Shown: positions 12,855 to 26,254, counted from the whole stretch's first letter. The stretch is DNA of 63,956 nucleotides, filler included, from Octopus bimaculoides (GCF_001194135.2; 3 parts of 3 records of this genome joined end to end with filler, not necessarily neighbours in it); one strand, 5' to 3'. The notes: a model not told the origin generated them from the sequence alone. Made by a program: numbers and translations.

Positions 12855-13996
12855 GCACAAACACTCACTCACACACCCATGTCTATAGACGTACATATAA
12901 TCATAGATATATACTACATACACATANNNNNNNNNNNNNNNNNNNNNNNNNNNNNNNNNNNNNNNNNNNNNNNNNNNNNNNNNNNNNNNNNNNNNNNNNN
13001 NNNNNNNNNNNNNNNNNNNNNNNNNNNNNNNNNNNNNNNNNNNNNNNNNNNNNNNNNNNNNNNNNNNNNNTATATATATATATATATATATACATGGAGA
13101 ATACATGTACATTTTATATTATATGTGTGTATGTGTGTGTGTGTAATTTCAGTTGACAGGTTATCTTACACTCTTGCATAGTAAATGTAAGTGAAGAACA
13201 AACAAAAGTTTTTATAGGTATACACCATATGGATAGCATACACTCTCCTATGAGTTTGCATGAGCTGGCATGTGCGTGTTTGTACACACACACACACACA
13301 CACACACATACACACACACACACACATAATATAATCGTGCTCAAGCATACTCACACATGCATAAAGAAATATATACATACACCTATATATCATGGATTTA
13401 CACATATTTCTTTATACAACTCTGCTTTAGTAGCTGTCATCCCAGTGACAGGTGCCTTTAATAGCGTTTGAACACCCGGCGACCCATCCTTTGAAATCAA
13501 AATCAAAGCCTAAGCCTCTCACACAAACACCCTCGTGTGTGTATCTGCACTCATTCTTTAAGCATTCATGCATATACCACGGTATATTGAAATATAGATA
13601 CTTACAGACGCACTTACACACACACACACACAAACACAGCCATGCACATATACATACTCACTCATATACACACTCGATGCGTACGACTGTTTGTGCCTCT
13701 TTGCTTTCATGTTGGCATGCATGAGTGCGTATGCGTGGACACATGTCTGTTATGTGTGTGTATTAGAATGTACACAGGTGAAGGCAAATTATAATGTACT
13801 TACACCCACGTGCGTTCATAGAAGAGTGAAAGGAGGAGGTTGCGAAACTTACTTGTCATCTCCACCCACTATTGTGTAGCTTTATTTTCTTTGCAGCTGC
13901 ATGATATAATGCAATTCTCTTGAAATAGAAATTAAAAAAAAAGACAAAGAAAAAAACTAGTACAGTACATTCACAAACATAAATGCACACACACAT

Positions 13997-14046
<50 letters not shown>

Positions 14047-15284
14047 ACACCAACATATTTATACTTGAATGTTTGTGTGTACGTTTCTGTATGTATGCAG
14101 AGATATGTATGTAAATATACATATATATATATATATATATATATGTATGCATATATNNNNNNNNNNNNNNNNNNNNNNNNNNNNNNNNNNNNNNNNNNNN
14201 NNNNNNNNNNNNNNNNNNNNNNNNNNNNNNNNNNNNNNNNNNNNNNNNNNNNNNNNNNNNNNNNNNNNNNNNNNNNNNNNNNNNNNNNNNNNNNNNNNNN
14301 NNNNNNNNNNNNNNNNNNNNNNNNNNNNNNNNNNNNNNNNNNNNNNNNNNNNNNNNNNNNNNNNNNNNNNNNNNNNNNNNNNNNNNNNNNNNNNNNNNNN
14401 NNNNNNNNNNNNNNNNNNNNNNNNNNNNNNNNNNNNNNNNNNNNNNNNNNNNNNNNNNNNNNNNNNNNNNNNNNNNNNNNNNNNNNNNNNNNNNNNNNNN
14501 NNNNNNNNNNNNNNNNNNNNNNNNNNNNNNNNNNNNNNNNNNNNTATATATATATATATATATATATTTGTATGTATACATATATATGTTTTTATGAATT
14601 TTATGTATTAGTTAGGTGTGTGTACATACGTGTTTCTGCGTGGGTGCGTATCAAAGCAAATAATGACAGAACGCGTGCTTAAATATTCAGTCACGCGCAG
14701 AGAAGGAGCGAACATGTTTGGAAGTCTGCGTCTCCGACTTTCTCTGGTAATGTGGTGCGCTTGAAGTAATAGACGCATAAATTTTCTTCGGTTGCTTCAA
14801 CTATATCGTCCATAAGTACATGGCTATAGCAAGTAGATGCTTCCAGATGTTGCAAAATCCTTAGTCTGCTGAAATTTAAGAGCGTCATTACACACACATT
14901 TTCCTATAACAGATTTTTAAACTATAGTAGACTCTATCAGAAATATCAGTCTAATCTCTCACGTACCTTAACAAAGGAAATATTTGATTATTTAATGTAG
15001 CCATAGATTCACTGTGTCAGAAAAGATACAGTCTGCATACATCTCGATAAGCTTTTTCTTTTATAATCATGTACTGTAAGTTTTGACCTGATAGAACATG
15101 CATATGAATTTACTGTAGTCTACGGTATCACTTCATCAGTTAGAAATAACAACTAAGTCTCCCTTATATCAAACTCTGCTATCGTTAAAGTAGTATAGGT
15201 TAAATAATGCAGTCCTAAATACACTATGTTCGGATATATTTGTCCATATGATGGAGAGGCATATGGAAAATTTTAATAGAAAAT

Positions 15285-15517
15285 GGCGGTGAGCTGGGAG
15301 AAACGTTAGCACGCAGGGTGAAATGCTTAGCGGTATTTCGTCTGCCGTTACGTTCTGAGTTCAAATTCCGCCGAGGTCGACTTTGCCTTTCATCCTTTCG
15401 GAATCGATAAATTAAGTACCATTTATGCACTGGGGTCGATGTAATCGACTTAATCCGTTTCTCTGTCCTTGTTTGTCCCCTCTATGTTTAGCTCCTTGTG
15501 GGTAATAAAGAAATAAG
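15285..15517 (+). mobile_element. SINE family A, full length and near consensus
   Basis: Head ggcggtgagctgggagaaacgttagc (box A-like), gagttcaaattcc (box B), body gccgaggtcgactttgcctttcatcctttcgg, 3' end gggtaataaagaaataag. CpGs retained. Confidence 0.92.
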
Positions 15518-16244
15518 ATAATGGCGTCAAGTAAGGTTAAACATTAACAATCTAAACTCTGTAGCATATTGTTTTCTATAATGCTGACCGAAATTTTTGA
15601 CAGTGACATCCAGGGAATCAGTTTAAGGTATATTGAACTATTTGCTGGTGGTTAATTGTACGTGTTGTCTTAATATTTCCAAAAGTCTTCAAGAATTTTC
15701 TCTTAGCTGATGACTTCTTTGTTAATACTGAAAATGATGAGATATTACAGGTGTATTGCTATTTCTCAAAATGTGCTTTATTGCATTTGGCCTCAGAGGA
15801 AGAAGGTTGACTCATGCCACTGCCAGGCCTGGAAATAAATTGCTGAGCAGTTCAGGCAACTGTAAATGGACACAGATTAGTTGACGAGATCCTTTTTGAC
15901 AACACAATAAAGAGGAGACCAGAAATAGGATCTCCGAAGCCACAACTATCTTCAGCAAACTGTGAAACTATTTCTGAGAACACAAAGGGATCAACGTCAC
16001 CACTGAAGATGAAAATTTGAGCAGGTGCATACAGTTTATCGCTCAAATATGAAACAGCATACTAGGATAGAAGCAATTACAACTCAGCTCCACCGAAACT
16101 AAAGAGATCTAACAATAATCAATGTTTTTTCTAGCCGTTATTTGTGTCTCAATAAATGCAAAAGATTGTTCACTTTAATCTGTGGTTAAACAAGAAATTT
16201 TAAACCAGTATTTCCATGTCTTTTTCGTTTTTTTTTTCTTAAAA

Positions 16245-16423
16245 TTCTTTTATTTGTTTCTGTCATTAGACTGAGGCCACGCTGGGGCAGTGCCTTGAAG
16301 AATTTTTAGTCGAATGCAATCAGTCTAGTGCTTATTGCTTTAAAGCCTGGTACTTATCTTATTGGTCTCTTTTGCCGGGCCACTAAGTTAGGTTGTGAAG
16401 AGGGGACAAACACAAACACAAAG

Positions 16424-16522
<99 letters not shown>

Positions 16523-16680
16523 GGACGAGCTTCATTCAATTTCGTCTACCAGATCCACTGAGAAGCCTTCGGTCGGCCTGAGGCTATAGTAAAAGTTACT
16601 TAACCTCGGTGCCACACAGCTGGAAAGAACCCTGAAAATTGTGGTTGGGAAAGCAAGCTTCTTTCGGCTTAGTCACGCAT
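16245..16680 (-). mobile_element. SINE family C with expanded internal (CA)n
   Basis: Matches 11960-12405 and 44025-44412. Confidence 0.88.
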
Positions 16681-17449
16681 GCGACTATAACTTGCAATAT
16701 TTTAAATTTCATTTCTATACTTTGTATTTCTCGAACAGTTCCATGAATTTCAATTCAAGGATTATGGATTATTTTCGAAAACCATTACGTTAATAGAAAT
16801 AGGCTCTTTAACTGTGAGATAAACTACACAAGCAACTAGCCAAGAGTATGAGAGCGACCCTGCGTGATTTGGTGGGATATCTCACTCATTAGTCTAAAAC
16901 TCAAATACGTATTAGTCTAACGTTTCTGCTTATGTCGATCACAGTTGGATCAAGCAACTCTGTTGTGGGAATAGACCTACAAAAAAGAAAAAAAAAAGGT
17001 TTAACAGGTTGTTTTACCCCTGCTTTGATGGTCCAGTAGTAAAGGTGATAGGGCAGAGAAGATTAATGAAGGTGGAGGTCAGCCGTTTCCTATCTCAAGA
17101 AATTCTCCCGTCACCTACTAATCTAACTAAACAAACATGACTCGAGTGTAATTACTAAGCTGGTATGAAAAACTTAAAAGATACACCATCACATGATCCG
17201 ATGTGTAATTTCTATATTTCTATACACATCATCAAAGGGTTTCTGCAATTATCAATATTTGCTTTGATTAATCATAATTTTACCATCTCTTGGAAATTTG
17301 ATTTCTGCACCGTTACATTTCAAACAGTTTCGTCTGATTTTTATACAATTGCGCACACACATACGCACAAACACACACACACACACACACAGACAAACAC
17401 ACAAATAAACAAGCAAACAAACAGAGACGCACACACACAACACGCAACG

Positions 17450-17491
<42 letters not shown>

Positions 17492-17738
17492 CACACACAC
17501 ACTCATATAAACACATATTTACTCTCTCTTTCCTGCTACCTATGTCGATATATTTAACTGTACGACATCACATATATGTGCGTGTGTGTGTATGTGTGTG
17601 TATGTGCGTGCGTATTTGCGCGTGTGTGTGCATATATCTATCTATGTGTGTATGCTTATTTATATATATGTGTATATATATTTATACCGACCTATATATA
17701 TGCGTGTTTGTGTGTGTATGTATATATATGTATATATT

Positions 17739-17782
<44 letters not shown>

Positions 17783-17805
17783 TACTTACATACACATACA
17801 TACAA

Positions 17806-17842
<37 letters not shown>

Positions 17843-17935
17843 CATAAAGATTAAACCCATAAGAGGCAGAACAAGCATAAACACAAACACATAAAACAGA
17901 TAAATATTAGCTCGGTTGCACGCATATAAATTTAC

Positions 17936-18039
17936 TTGTGTGTAGTTGTGTGCGTCCACGTTTCCGTTTTTGTTTACAACGGCATCAAAGCCGTCATTGT
18001 TCGTGTTGTCTTTCACTTTTGCCTGGTAACCTAACAGTT
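17936..18039 (-). CDS. Candidate internal coding exon (unverified): xLLGYQAKVKDNTNNDGFDAVVNKNGNVDAHNYTQ
   Basis: Minus-strand acceptor tatttgtag, open frame, donor CAA|gtaaat. Non-repetitive island between microsatellites. No homology recognised. Confidence 0.25.
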
Positions 18040-18253
18040 CTACAAATACGTGTACGTCTGCGTGCGTTTGTGTATGTATAGACACACATGTTATACATAT
18101 ATAGTATATATTACATATCTATATAAGCTTATGTATGTCTATATGCGTATATATAGTATATGTATAAATATAGATAAGTATACAGACATACGCATACATC
18201 ATACCAATGATATATCTAGATGAATATTTGTGTGTGTATGTGTGCGTATATAT

Positions 18254-18288
<35 letters not shown>

Positions 18289-19239
18289 NNNNNNNNNNNN
18301 NNNNNNNNNNNNNNNNNNNNNNNNNNNNNNNNNNNNNNNNNNNNNNNNNNNNNNNNNNNNNNNNNNNNNNNNNNNNNNNNNNNNNNNNNNNNNNNNNNNN
18401 NNNNNNNNNNNNNNNNNNNNNNNNNNNNNNNNNNNNNNNNNNNNNNNNNNNNNNNNNNNNNNNNNNNNNNNNNNNNNNNNNNNNNNNNNNNNNNNNNNNN
18501 NNNNNNNNNNNNNNNNNNNNNNNNNNNNNNNNNNNNNNNNNNNNNNNAAGCAACAAGGATATCGAGAGGTAATGCAGGACTGCATTATGTATATATATAT
18601 ATATATCCAGACGTAATGCAGTACTGCATTACCTCTGGATATCCTTATTGCTTATTTTGATTTTAATCACCTTACTTTGAAAATGTATGGATAATACCGT
18701 ACTAAATTCTGGTGCGTCAACTTAAGTATTATATTAATCTGAATCTAAATGTTTGCTGAATTCATCTACCATATCCAATGTATATACATATATCATTCAA
18801 CTACGGTAGTTGTTGAATATATTCTTAAGACAACCATTTCGTTAATCGCAGCAGCTTCGAAGCTTCACGACCAATTCAGTTCCCAACAAAATTGCAAATT
18901 GCTAATAGTTTTAAAGAGGACAACTCCTCAGCTCCACTTTGGCATAAATAGTTTGACATTTGGTTCAGTAGAAAAAAGTTACATCGGTGACCTCAAGGTG
19001 GGGAGTAATGAACATAAATGTTTAAGTTTTAAATTAAAAGTATACTTTTCTTTGGCTTAAATGATAGAAAAATGCATGAGAAATTCAGAATCGTTTGTCG
19101 CATTGAACAAAAATTAGTAGTAAAACTTTTATCAGGTAAAATGTTACGAAATTTAATGTCAGTAAGTGAGGTAGTAGGGGAGTAATACTTAAGCAATAAG
19201 AATAAAGATTATATTTCTAAAATAAATATGTACATATTA

Positions 19240-19378
19240 AGGCTGCGAGCTGGCGGGGGCGTTAGTGCACCGGGCGAACGGCCGAGAGGCATTTTGTCTG
19301 TCTTTAGGTTCTAAGATCAAATTCCACCGACGTCGACTTTGCTTTCCATCCGTTTGGGATCTATTCAATTAAATGTAC
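19240..19378 (+). mobile_element. SINE family A copy (decayed)
   Basis: ggctgcgagctggcgggggcgttag...caaattccaccgacgtcgactttgctttccatcc. Confidence 0.8.
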
Positions 19379-19664
19379 AGATTATTTAATTAATTTTTTT
19401 TTTAACTAAACACTTTCAAACTTCCGATACTGGTAGAGTGTGACACATAGAACAGGGTTTAATCTTAACGTTTTGAACAACATTTTGTATTTTACAAGTT
19501 ATTTCGTCAGACGTTACAGAGTGACAATGGACAAATTTGTGTTTGATAAGTGCCAATACACGAAACTCTCAGCTTTTGATTTACTCTCTAACTTCTACTG
19601 ATGATATATATACATATTACATATATGTTTAAAAATATCCCATCACGCAATCGAACCAATGAAA

Positions 19665-19850
19665 GAGCCTCTGCCTGGTCATTAGACACACGCTAAAAAT
19701 AACAGTCAAAGTATCCCCTTACCTAAATCACATGACCATTGTATGCAATGCCCTACATTATCCCTAAAAGGACGGCTTGCTGAAGGTTGGAATGTCTTTG
19801 ATGATAGGTTTGCAGTATCAGGGGTGATTGAGGCTAAATAACAGCATTAT
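19665..19850 (+). repeat. Repeat family E copy
   Basis: gagcctctg...aaaataacagtcaaa...ggttggaatgtctttgatgataggtttg...ggctaaataacag. Related segments at 26775-26980 (-) and 27590-27750 (+). Confidence 0.6.
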
Positions 19851-20722
19851 AGTAAATTTCTATACTAACACTCGCACCTTTTTTTTTTAAAAGAAAAAAA
19901 ATGATTTTTTTGCGTCGAATTAAGTACTTTCACCTCCTAATATACTGCAAATCCGTTATTTTTGTTCGGAAAAAACGAGGTGTGTGCGCGGTATCGCCCT
20001 AATCCCGGAATCATTGAAATTTTTTTTCTTTCGTTGAATGAATTCCTGTGACCTCGTAATATTGCAAAATTAGGGTACTTAAGGTGAGCCTGGTAACTGA
20101 TGGTTTTGGGGTTTTGTGGTTTGCAACTTTTGGTGAACCATTGTGCAACCAACAACATGGTAAAAAAATCCTGCCATTAATTTTGTGTTGAGAGGTAATA
20201 TCAAATAATTCAATCACAACATATGTTTAAATTAAACATGAAAAAAATTGAAATATTATCATCATTTACATGGAAAAAATTAATGTTATCTTAGACCTGT
20301 AAAAGTATAGGACAAACTATTACTTCTAGTAAAATAAAGAAAAAGGAACTTTTTACTTAAAATATTGCAACTAAAATTAAAATTTCAATCTTAAAACTTA
20401 TTTTACAAATAACACTATACCTATTTAAGTAGAATTTGGCTAATTTACTACCTTAAATACAGAAAAAAATCACTAATTAGAGAAACTTACAAATTAGCTG
20501 AACAGTTTTGTACAATAAATTTAAAAGATGGAAACTGTAAAGAGTGATAAATTAAAAGAACTGGCATTCTTTGTTGCAATATTTCAAGTAAAACGTTTCT
20601 TATTCTTTACTTTACTAAAAGTAATAGCCTGTCCTATACTTTTACAAGTGTAATAACTTGTCTCGTACTTTTCCAGGGTTACAATCTTAAGAATATTACT
20701 TTTCCTGCTCGCATTTTTCCAT

Positions 20723-20836
<114 letters not shown>

Positions 20837-21329
20837 CACAAAATATTATAAATAATATATACAGATGCATATATACATACATATATGTACATATATATAC
20901 ATATATATGTATGTATACTTGCATGTATGTGTTCAAGACAAGAAAACTTGAACAAAATGAAAACGAGAACAACAAAAACATGGAAAACGTACTTTTTTCG
21001 GACAACGAAAGAAACAAATAGAGAAATGAGATAGGCAATATAAAGAAAATCCCTTCATTAGCTGTCCCCTATTTTATCTACTCCGCCTTTCGAAGGTTAG
21101 GACAAGACGTGACTCCATTAAAACAGTCCTTTCCGCAAAGCAAATTAAATAAAATTTGGGGTCTTTGCGGAGGGTTAAAATGGTAGCAATAACAGGACAG
21201 TAAGAGCAAAACAGTAAAAACAAACGGTTAAGCCATAACGAGGTGAAGTGGTGAACGCTGGAGAAAGGAGCTGTGACAAGAAACAGGCAAAAGTAGGTCT
21301 TATCTCTTGTAGAGCAAGAGGAAAAAAGA

Positions 21330-21480
21330 CACATCAGGTGTCACAATGATCTTAGAGCAACGGAATATGAAGTGTTTTGTTCAAGCACACAAGGCATCAA
21401 CTTGTCCAGGAAACAAACTTATGATCTCGCGATCGTGGGTGCAACGTCCTACACAGCAGGCAATGCGCCCTCGACATATG
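21330..21480 (-). mobile_element. SINE family D copy
   Basis: Reverse complement resembles the tRNA-like head at 37730-37870. Shared gtgtgcttgaacaaaacacttcat core. Confidence 0.65.
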
Positions 21481-21489
21481 CACACACAC

Positions 21490-21528
<39 letters not shown>

Positions 21529-23159
21529 TATGTATGTATAGTGGAACTTTATAGAAAACCAAGCCATGAAGGTTGGTGTAAGAATAACAAGCGGGTGTAT
21601 TAGTTTGACGCTCGGGAAAATAAAAAAGTCCTATAAGTTTCGAGCTTACGCTCTTCAACAGAAAGCAATAAGAGAAAATAAACACAGAGAGAGAATTAAA
21701 AAGAAACTTGTAGATTTCAGCGGTCCAAAATACGCACACACACACACACGCGCGCGCACTCGCACAGGTACATACTTATAATACATAAGTGTGTGTATTA
21801 AAATAACCTCGAATTTTGATGGTATTCTGACATTATAATCAGTAGGTAAGACACCGAATCTGCTGGCGAGAAATCGTGTGTATAATCTGGCCCAGATTAA
21901 CATATTCTTTTTAGTCTTCATCGGGCATTCTCATTTGAAGGTACAGTTGCGAATGATAAATAGAAATTGCGTGTTTCTTAACCAAATATTATCTAAACTT
22001 TAGTCTATTCATAATCCTTCGGTTTTAACAATGAGAATCACAGCTACTAAATCACCCGAATTACGTATATCAACATATGTGACTGAACGTTGCCACCTTC
22101 ATATATTCCTCAGACGGATCCAGAGGGCAACAATGTTTAATATATTTGGCACTGTAAATTCTAGGTACACAATTTCAATTAGTGCTGCACTGCATGTACA
22201 CTTAATGGGTAAGCATTGCCACTAGGCCAGTTACAACAATATTTGTCCTGTTGTAGCTAGGCTTCCTCTGTTAAAAACAGAAAAAAAAAAAATCCGAAAG
22301 AAAATTCATTCCAGATGCAGCAAGCGAGAGCACCAGATGTATTTCGGTCTATTTGGGCCTATTCATTGGTGTGTGTACGCATCCATCCACATGCTGAAGC
22401 GAGAATTCGACGTCTTTGAATTTATAACATTCCCTGGTATTGTGAATAACCGCCCAGCAAATCAAAAATTAGTTATTCGCAGTTGGGGCAGTATTTGTTT
22501 AAGATGGACATCTACAGGAACTTTGTGGTCGTCACCGTTTACAATTATCATTTAAAAAACGTTTAATGCATGATATAGATATAATTTTGGACGCTGAATC
22601 CGAATTTGTTATTCATTTATTCCAGAAAAATTCTTCAAAAATGTTACAGGTGTTCAAAGTTTGATAATTTTCCAAATTTTCAGCCAATTAGAAAACAGCG
22701 CATTCGCTGTTTCTTTCATCATCAGGGTGTGGGGGCATCAGCATGTCAAAATATTAAACGCGGGCAAATTAAATATTTGAAAGCTACGAACAAACAAACC
22801 AAAAGGAGTTGCTAGAAATAACAGTCAAAACATTAAAGTATACACGAGCAAAGTTAATATTAAAACATTTGCGAGCAAATTAAATATTTAAAAGCTACAA
22901 ACAAGCCAACAGGAGTTACTACAAATAACAATCAAAACAAAAACAGACATTTATTAGCTTTAAAAATTCAAGAACGAAAGTTTGCAATATACTCTAGGAT
23001 GATATACAATAAATTACCTTTCTCGTATCTCCTTCTACACATAAATTCACAAATATAAGAGTCAACAATTCTCAGGTGCTTTCAGTTTGTTGAATGTGAG
23101 TCCCATCTGTTATGAAAACAAACAATTATAGAACAAGTGGCGGTTACAGTCCTTGTGCA

Positions 23160-23300
23160 CAGGTGCAGCATCTTTGGTTACTATTGAAACAAAGGTCTTC
23201 GCAAACATCTTTGGAACACGTGGTGCTTCTTTGGTTTGGTTATTATAGAAACAGAATTCGTCGTCATGGTGATGTCTAAAATACTCACTTCTGATTGGCT
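23160..23300. promoter_or_regulatory. Candidate RFX X-box cluster with CCAAT box
   Basis: GTTATTATAGAAAC (23239-23252) matches GTHNYYATRRNAAC exactly. GTTACTATTGAAAC (23177-23190) has 1 mismatch. GTCGTCATGGTGAT (23260-23273) has 2 mismatches to GTYRCCATGGYRAC. CACGTG at 23217-23222 and CTGATTGGCT at 23291-23300. Confidence 0.45.
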
Positions 23301-24348
23301 AAAATACCCGAGGTTTGCAAATTTGAAAGGCTAATAACATTTTAATTATGGATTTTTAGGGGAAATGAATTTCACATTCATAATTAATATACAAAACTTA
23401 ATCCATATACCAAGCTTGAAAACAGTTGGAACGAAATTGTAAACAGAGACGAAAACCACGATCATCCCATATTACATAGTATATTTAATGTATTTCTACT
23501 GTCAGTAGGCCAGTTACTTTGGTATATGTATTGAGACAGCATTCGTTACAGATTTACTGTGTTCAAAACACGATGAATATCAGAAAGAGAGACAAAAAAT
23601 TGTCCCAGCAGCAAGATTCATGTGTATCTATGTATGTGTATGCATATGTGTATACGTGTCTATATATGTATGTACGTATTTATACATGTATGTATGTGTG
23701 TGTGTATGTATGTATGCACGTCTATACATACACATACACACACACACACACACACTGAACGAACAAAAGCGTTAATAACAAATGATCCAAAATTCTGACT
23801 GTCTTCTTCTTAATATACTAAATCAGTACAGCACAGCAGAACCACTCTATACATATGCATATATATATATATATATATNNNNNNNNNNNNNNNNNNNNNN
23901 NNNNNNNNNNNNNNNNNNNNNNNNNNNNNNNNNNNNNNNNNNNNNNNNNNNNNNNNNNNNNNNNNNNNNNNNNNNNNNNNNNNNNNNNNNNNNNNNNNNN
24001 NNNNNNNNNNNNNNNNNNNNNNNNNNNNNNNNNNNNNNNNNNNNNNNNNNNNNNNNNNNNNNNNNNNNNNNNNNNNNNNNNNNNNNNNNNNNNNNNNNNN
24101 NNNNNNNNNNNNNNNNNNNNNNNNNNNNNNNNNNNNNNNNNNNNNNNNNNNNNNNNNNNNNNNNNNNNNNNNNNNNNNNNNNNNNNNNNNNNNNNNNNNN
24201 NNNNNNNNNNNNNNNNNNNNNNNNNNNNNNNNNNNNNNNNNNNNNNNNNNNNNNNNNNNNNNNNNNNNNNNNNNNNNNNNNNNNNNNNNNNNNNNNNNNN
24301 NNNNNNNNNNNNNNNNNNNNNNNNNNNNNNNNNNNNNNNNNNNNNCTA

Positions 24349-24431
<83 letters not shown>

Positions 24432-24822
24432 TAATACATGTATTCGAACATACATATTTTAAAATCCATTTCGTCGTCTATGCAAATACACACACATACA
24501 TATATGTGTGTCTGATTGCATGTGTGTACCTATGTATAGATAAACAAATGCACACACTCATACACACACAAACACATATACACACACACGCAATTTAAAA
24601 GAAAACTCACCATTTACCAAAAACAAAAATTTAATTTCATTTGAACAAATAATTTCTGCTCATTACCAACATCAAACAGTTTGTTTATATTTTGTATGAT
24701 ATTTCTTTTAAGATTTCATCTGGATAAAGAAAAGTTTGTTCTAGTAATACTGTGAATTCTTTTAGAATTATTTTTTGCGGTGCATTTCTTGTAGTATTAG
24801 TCCAGTTATCTCTGTCGCTTGT

Positions 24823-25030
24823 GAAGGCGGTGAGGTGGCAGAAGCGTTAGCACGCCAGACAAAATACTCACCGGTATTTTGTCCGTTTTCTCGTTCTGTG
24901 TTCAAATTCAGCCGAGTTCGACTTTCATCCTTTCGGTGTCGATAAAATAAGAACCAGCTGAACGCTAATGTCGATCTAATCGACTTATTCCCTTTTCCGA
25001 AACTGTTTGCCTTATGCCAATATTACTGAA
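24823..25030 (+). mobile_element. SINE family A copy
   Basis: gaaggcggtgaggtggcagaagcgttagcacgcc...gttcaaattcagccgagttcgac. Confidence 0.88.
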
Positions 25031-25059
25031 ACCAATATTATTTGCATAGTTAAGACTGC

Positions 25060-25457
25060 AAACTGCAATTTCGAGGAAAGGAGTAACTCGATTATCTCGG
25101 CGCCAGTGTGCAACTGGTACGTCTTTCATCGACCCCGAAAGGTTGAAAGGCTAAGCCGACCTTCGCGGAATTCGAACGCTGAACATAAAGACGGAGGAAA
25201 TGCCACTAAGCATTTTGCCCGGCGTTCTAAGGATTGTGCCATTTTAAATATACAAATAATATTGGTTTCAAAGTTTGGCCCAAGGTCATCAATTTCGGGG
25301 CAATGGCCTAGTCGATTACATTGACCGCTGTGTTCAACCGGTACTTATTTTATCGACCCCGAAAGGATGAAAGGCAAAGTCGACCTCGACGGCATTTGAA
25401 CTCAGAACGTAAAGAGAGACACCACACCTGCTAAACATTTTACCCAGCTCACCACCT
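25060..25457 (-). mobile_element. Two tandem SINE family A copies (25060-25240, 25262-25457)
   Basis: Both contain atcgaccccgaaagg[a/t]tgaaaggc..[a/g]...gacct...gaa[t]t.gaac. Confidence 0.88.
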
Positions 25458-25554
25458 TAAAATGTACAAATAATGAACGTGGGTCTGTATTACAATAATT
25501 ACGTTAGGCAGTAGATTAATATAAACGTCACTGAAAATAAATTTCATTCCTTAC

Positions 25555-25655
25555 ATGGAAGATGACATTTCAAAAGAAAATCAGGAAGCTTTCTATTACA
25601 CACAAACCGCGGAGCATGAAACAATCCAACAACTTCACAGTTACTTCTCAGCCTG
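25555..25655 (+). CDS. Candidate coding exon (unverified): MEDDISKENQEAFYYTQTAEHETIQQLHSYFSA
   Basis: ATG at 25555, open frame, donor TG|gtaatg (phase 2) compatible with the strong acceptor at 28225/28226. No homology recognised. Confidence 0.22.
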
Positions 25656-25885
25656 GTAATGCCAGATACTCTGCTAGTGCGTGCTTGCACTCACGTGTGT
25701 GTATATGTGTGTGTACATATATATATGCGTATGTATTATTGTGTGTATTTGTCCAATATATTTTCAGATTCGTATTCGATTCCTTTATGCCACAGCAGAC
25801 GATACTAAACGAAATTTATCAATATGAACCACAGCAAGAACAATAGCAGCAACAGCAGCACTTGTAGCAGCACTATAAAAACTGT

Positions 25886-26191
25886 AGAAGAAGAAGAAGA
25901 AGGAGGAGGAGGAGAAGGAGAAGGAGAAGAAGAAGAAGAAGAAGAAGAAGAAGAAGAAGAAGAAGAAGAAGAAGAAGAAGAAGAAGAAGAAGAAGAAGAA
26001 GAAGAAGAAGAATGGGAATTGGGTGGAGAAGACAAACAAGCGAAATAAAATGAAATTATAGTTCCTGATCCCACCTTCTTCGGTCATCGTTGAAACGCAG
26101 AATCAGTTAAATATTGGATTGATTACAACCACCCACTCGCATACATGATGTGCGGCATTGTGAGGAGACATTACAATAAGCGAATAAAAAC

Positions 26192-26235
<44 letters not shown>

Positions 26236-26254
26236 GAAGAAGAAGAAGAAGAAG
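25886..26254. repeat. (GAA)/(GGA)n and (GAT)/(GAA)n microsatellites
   Basis: Direct reading. Source of the poly-E, poly-S and poly-F ORFs. Confidence 0.95.

Noticed and set aside
13420-13515. GC-richer island reading GFDFDFKGWVAGCSNAIKGTCHWDDSY* or ISKDGSPGVQTLLKAPVTG on the minus strand
   Set aside because: Weak acceptor and two competing frames, so I cannot choose or support either.
19167-19178. TGAGGTAGTAGG, the first 12 nt of let-7
   Set aside because: The 3' half does not match let-7 and no precursor hairpin surrounds it.
22680-22730. Minus-strand CTGATGA...GAAAC with a 6-bp stem (ACAGCG/CGCTGT): hammerhead-like
   Set aside because: No stem II and no stem I pairing, cleavage site context poor.
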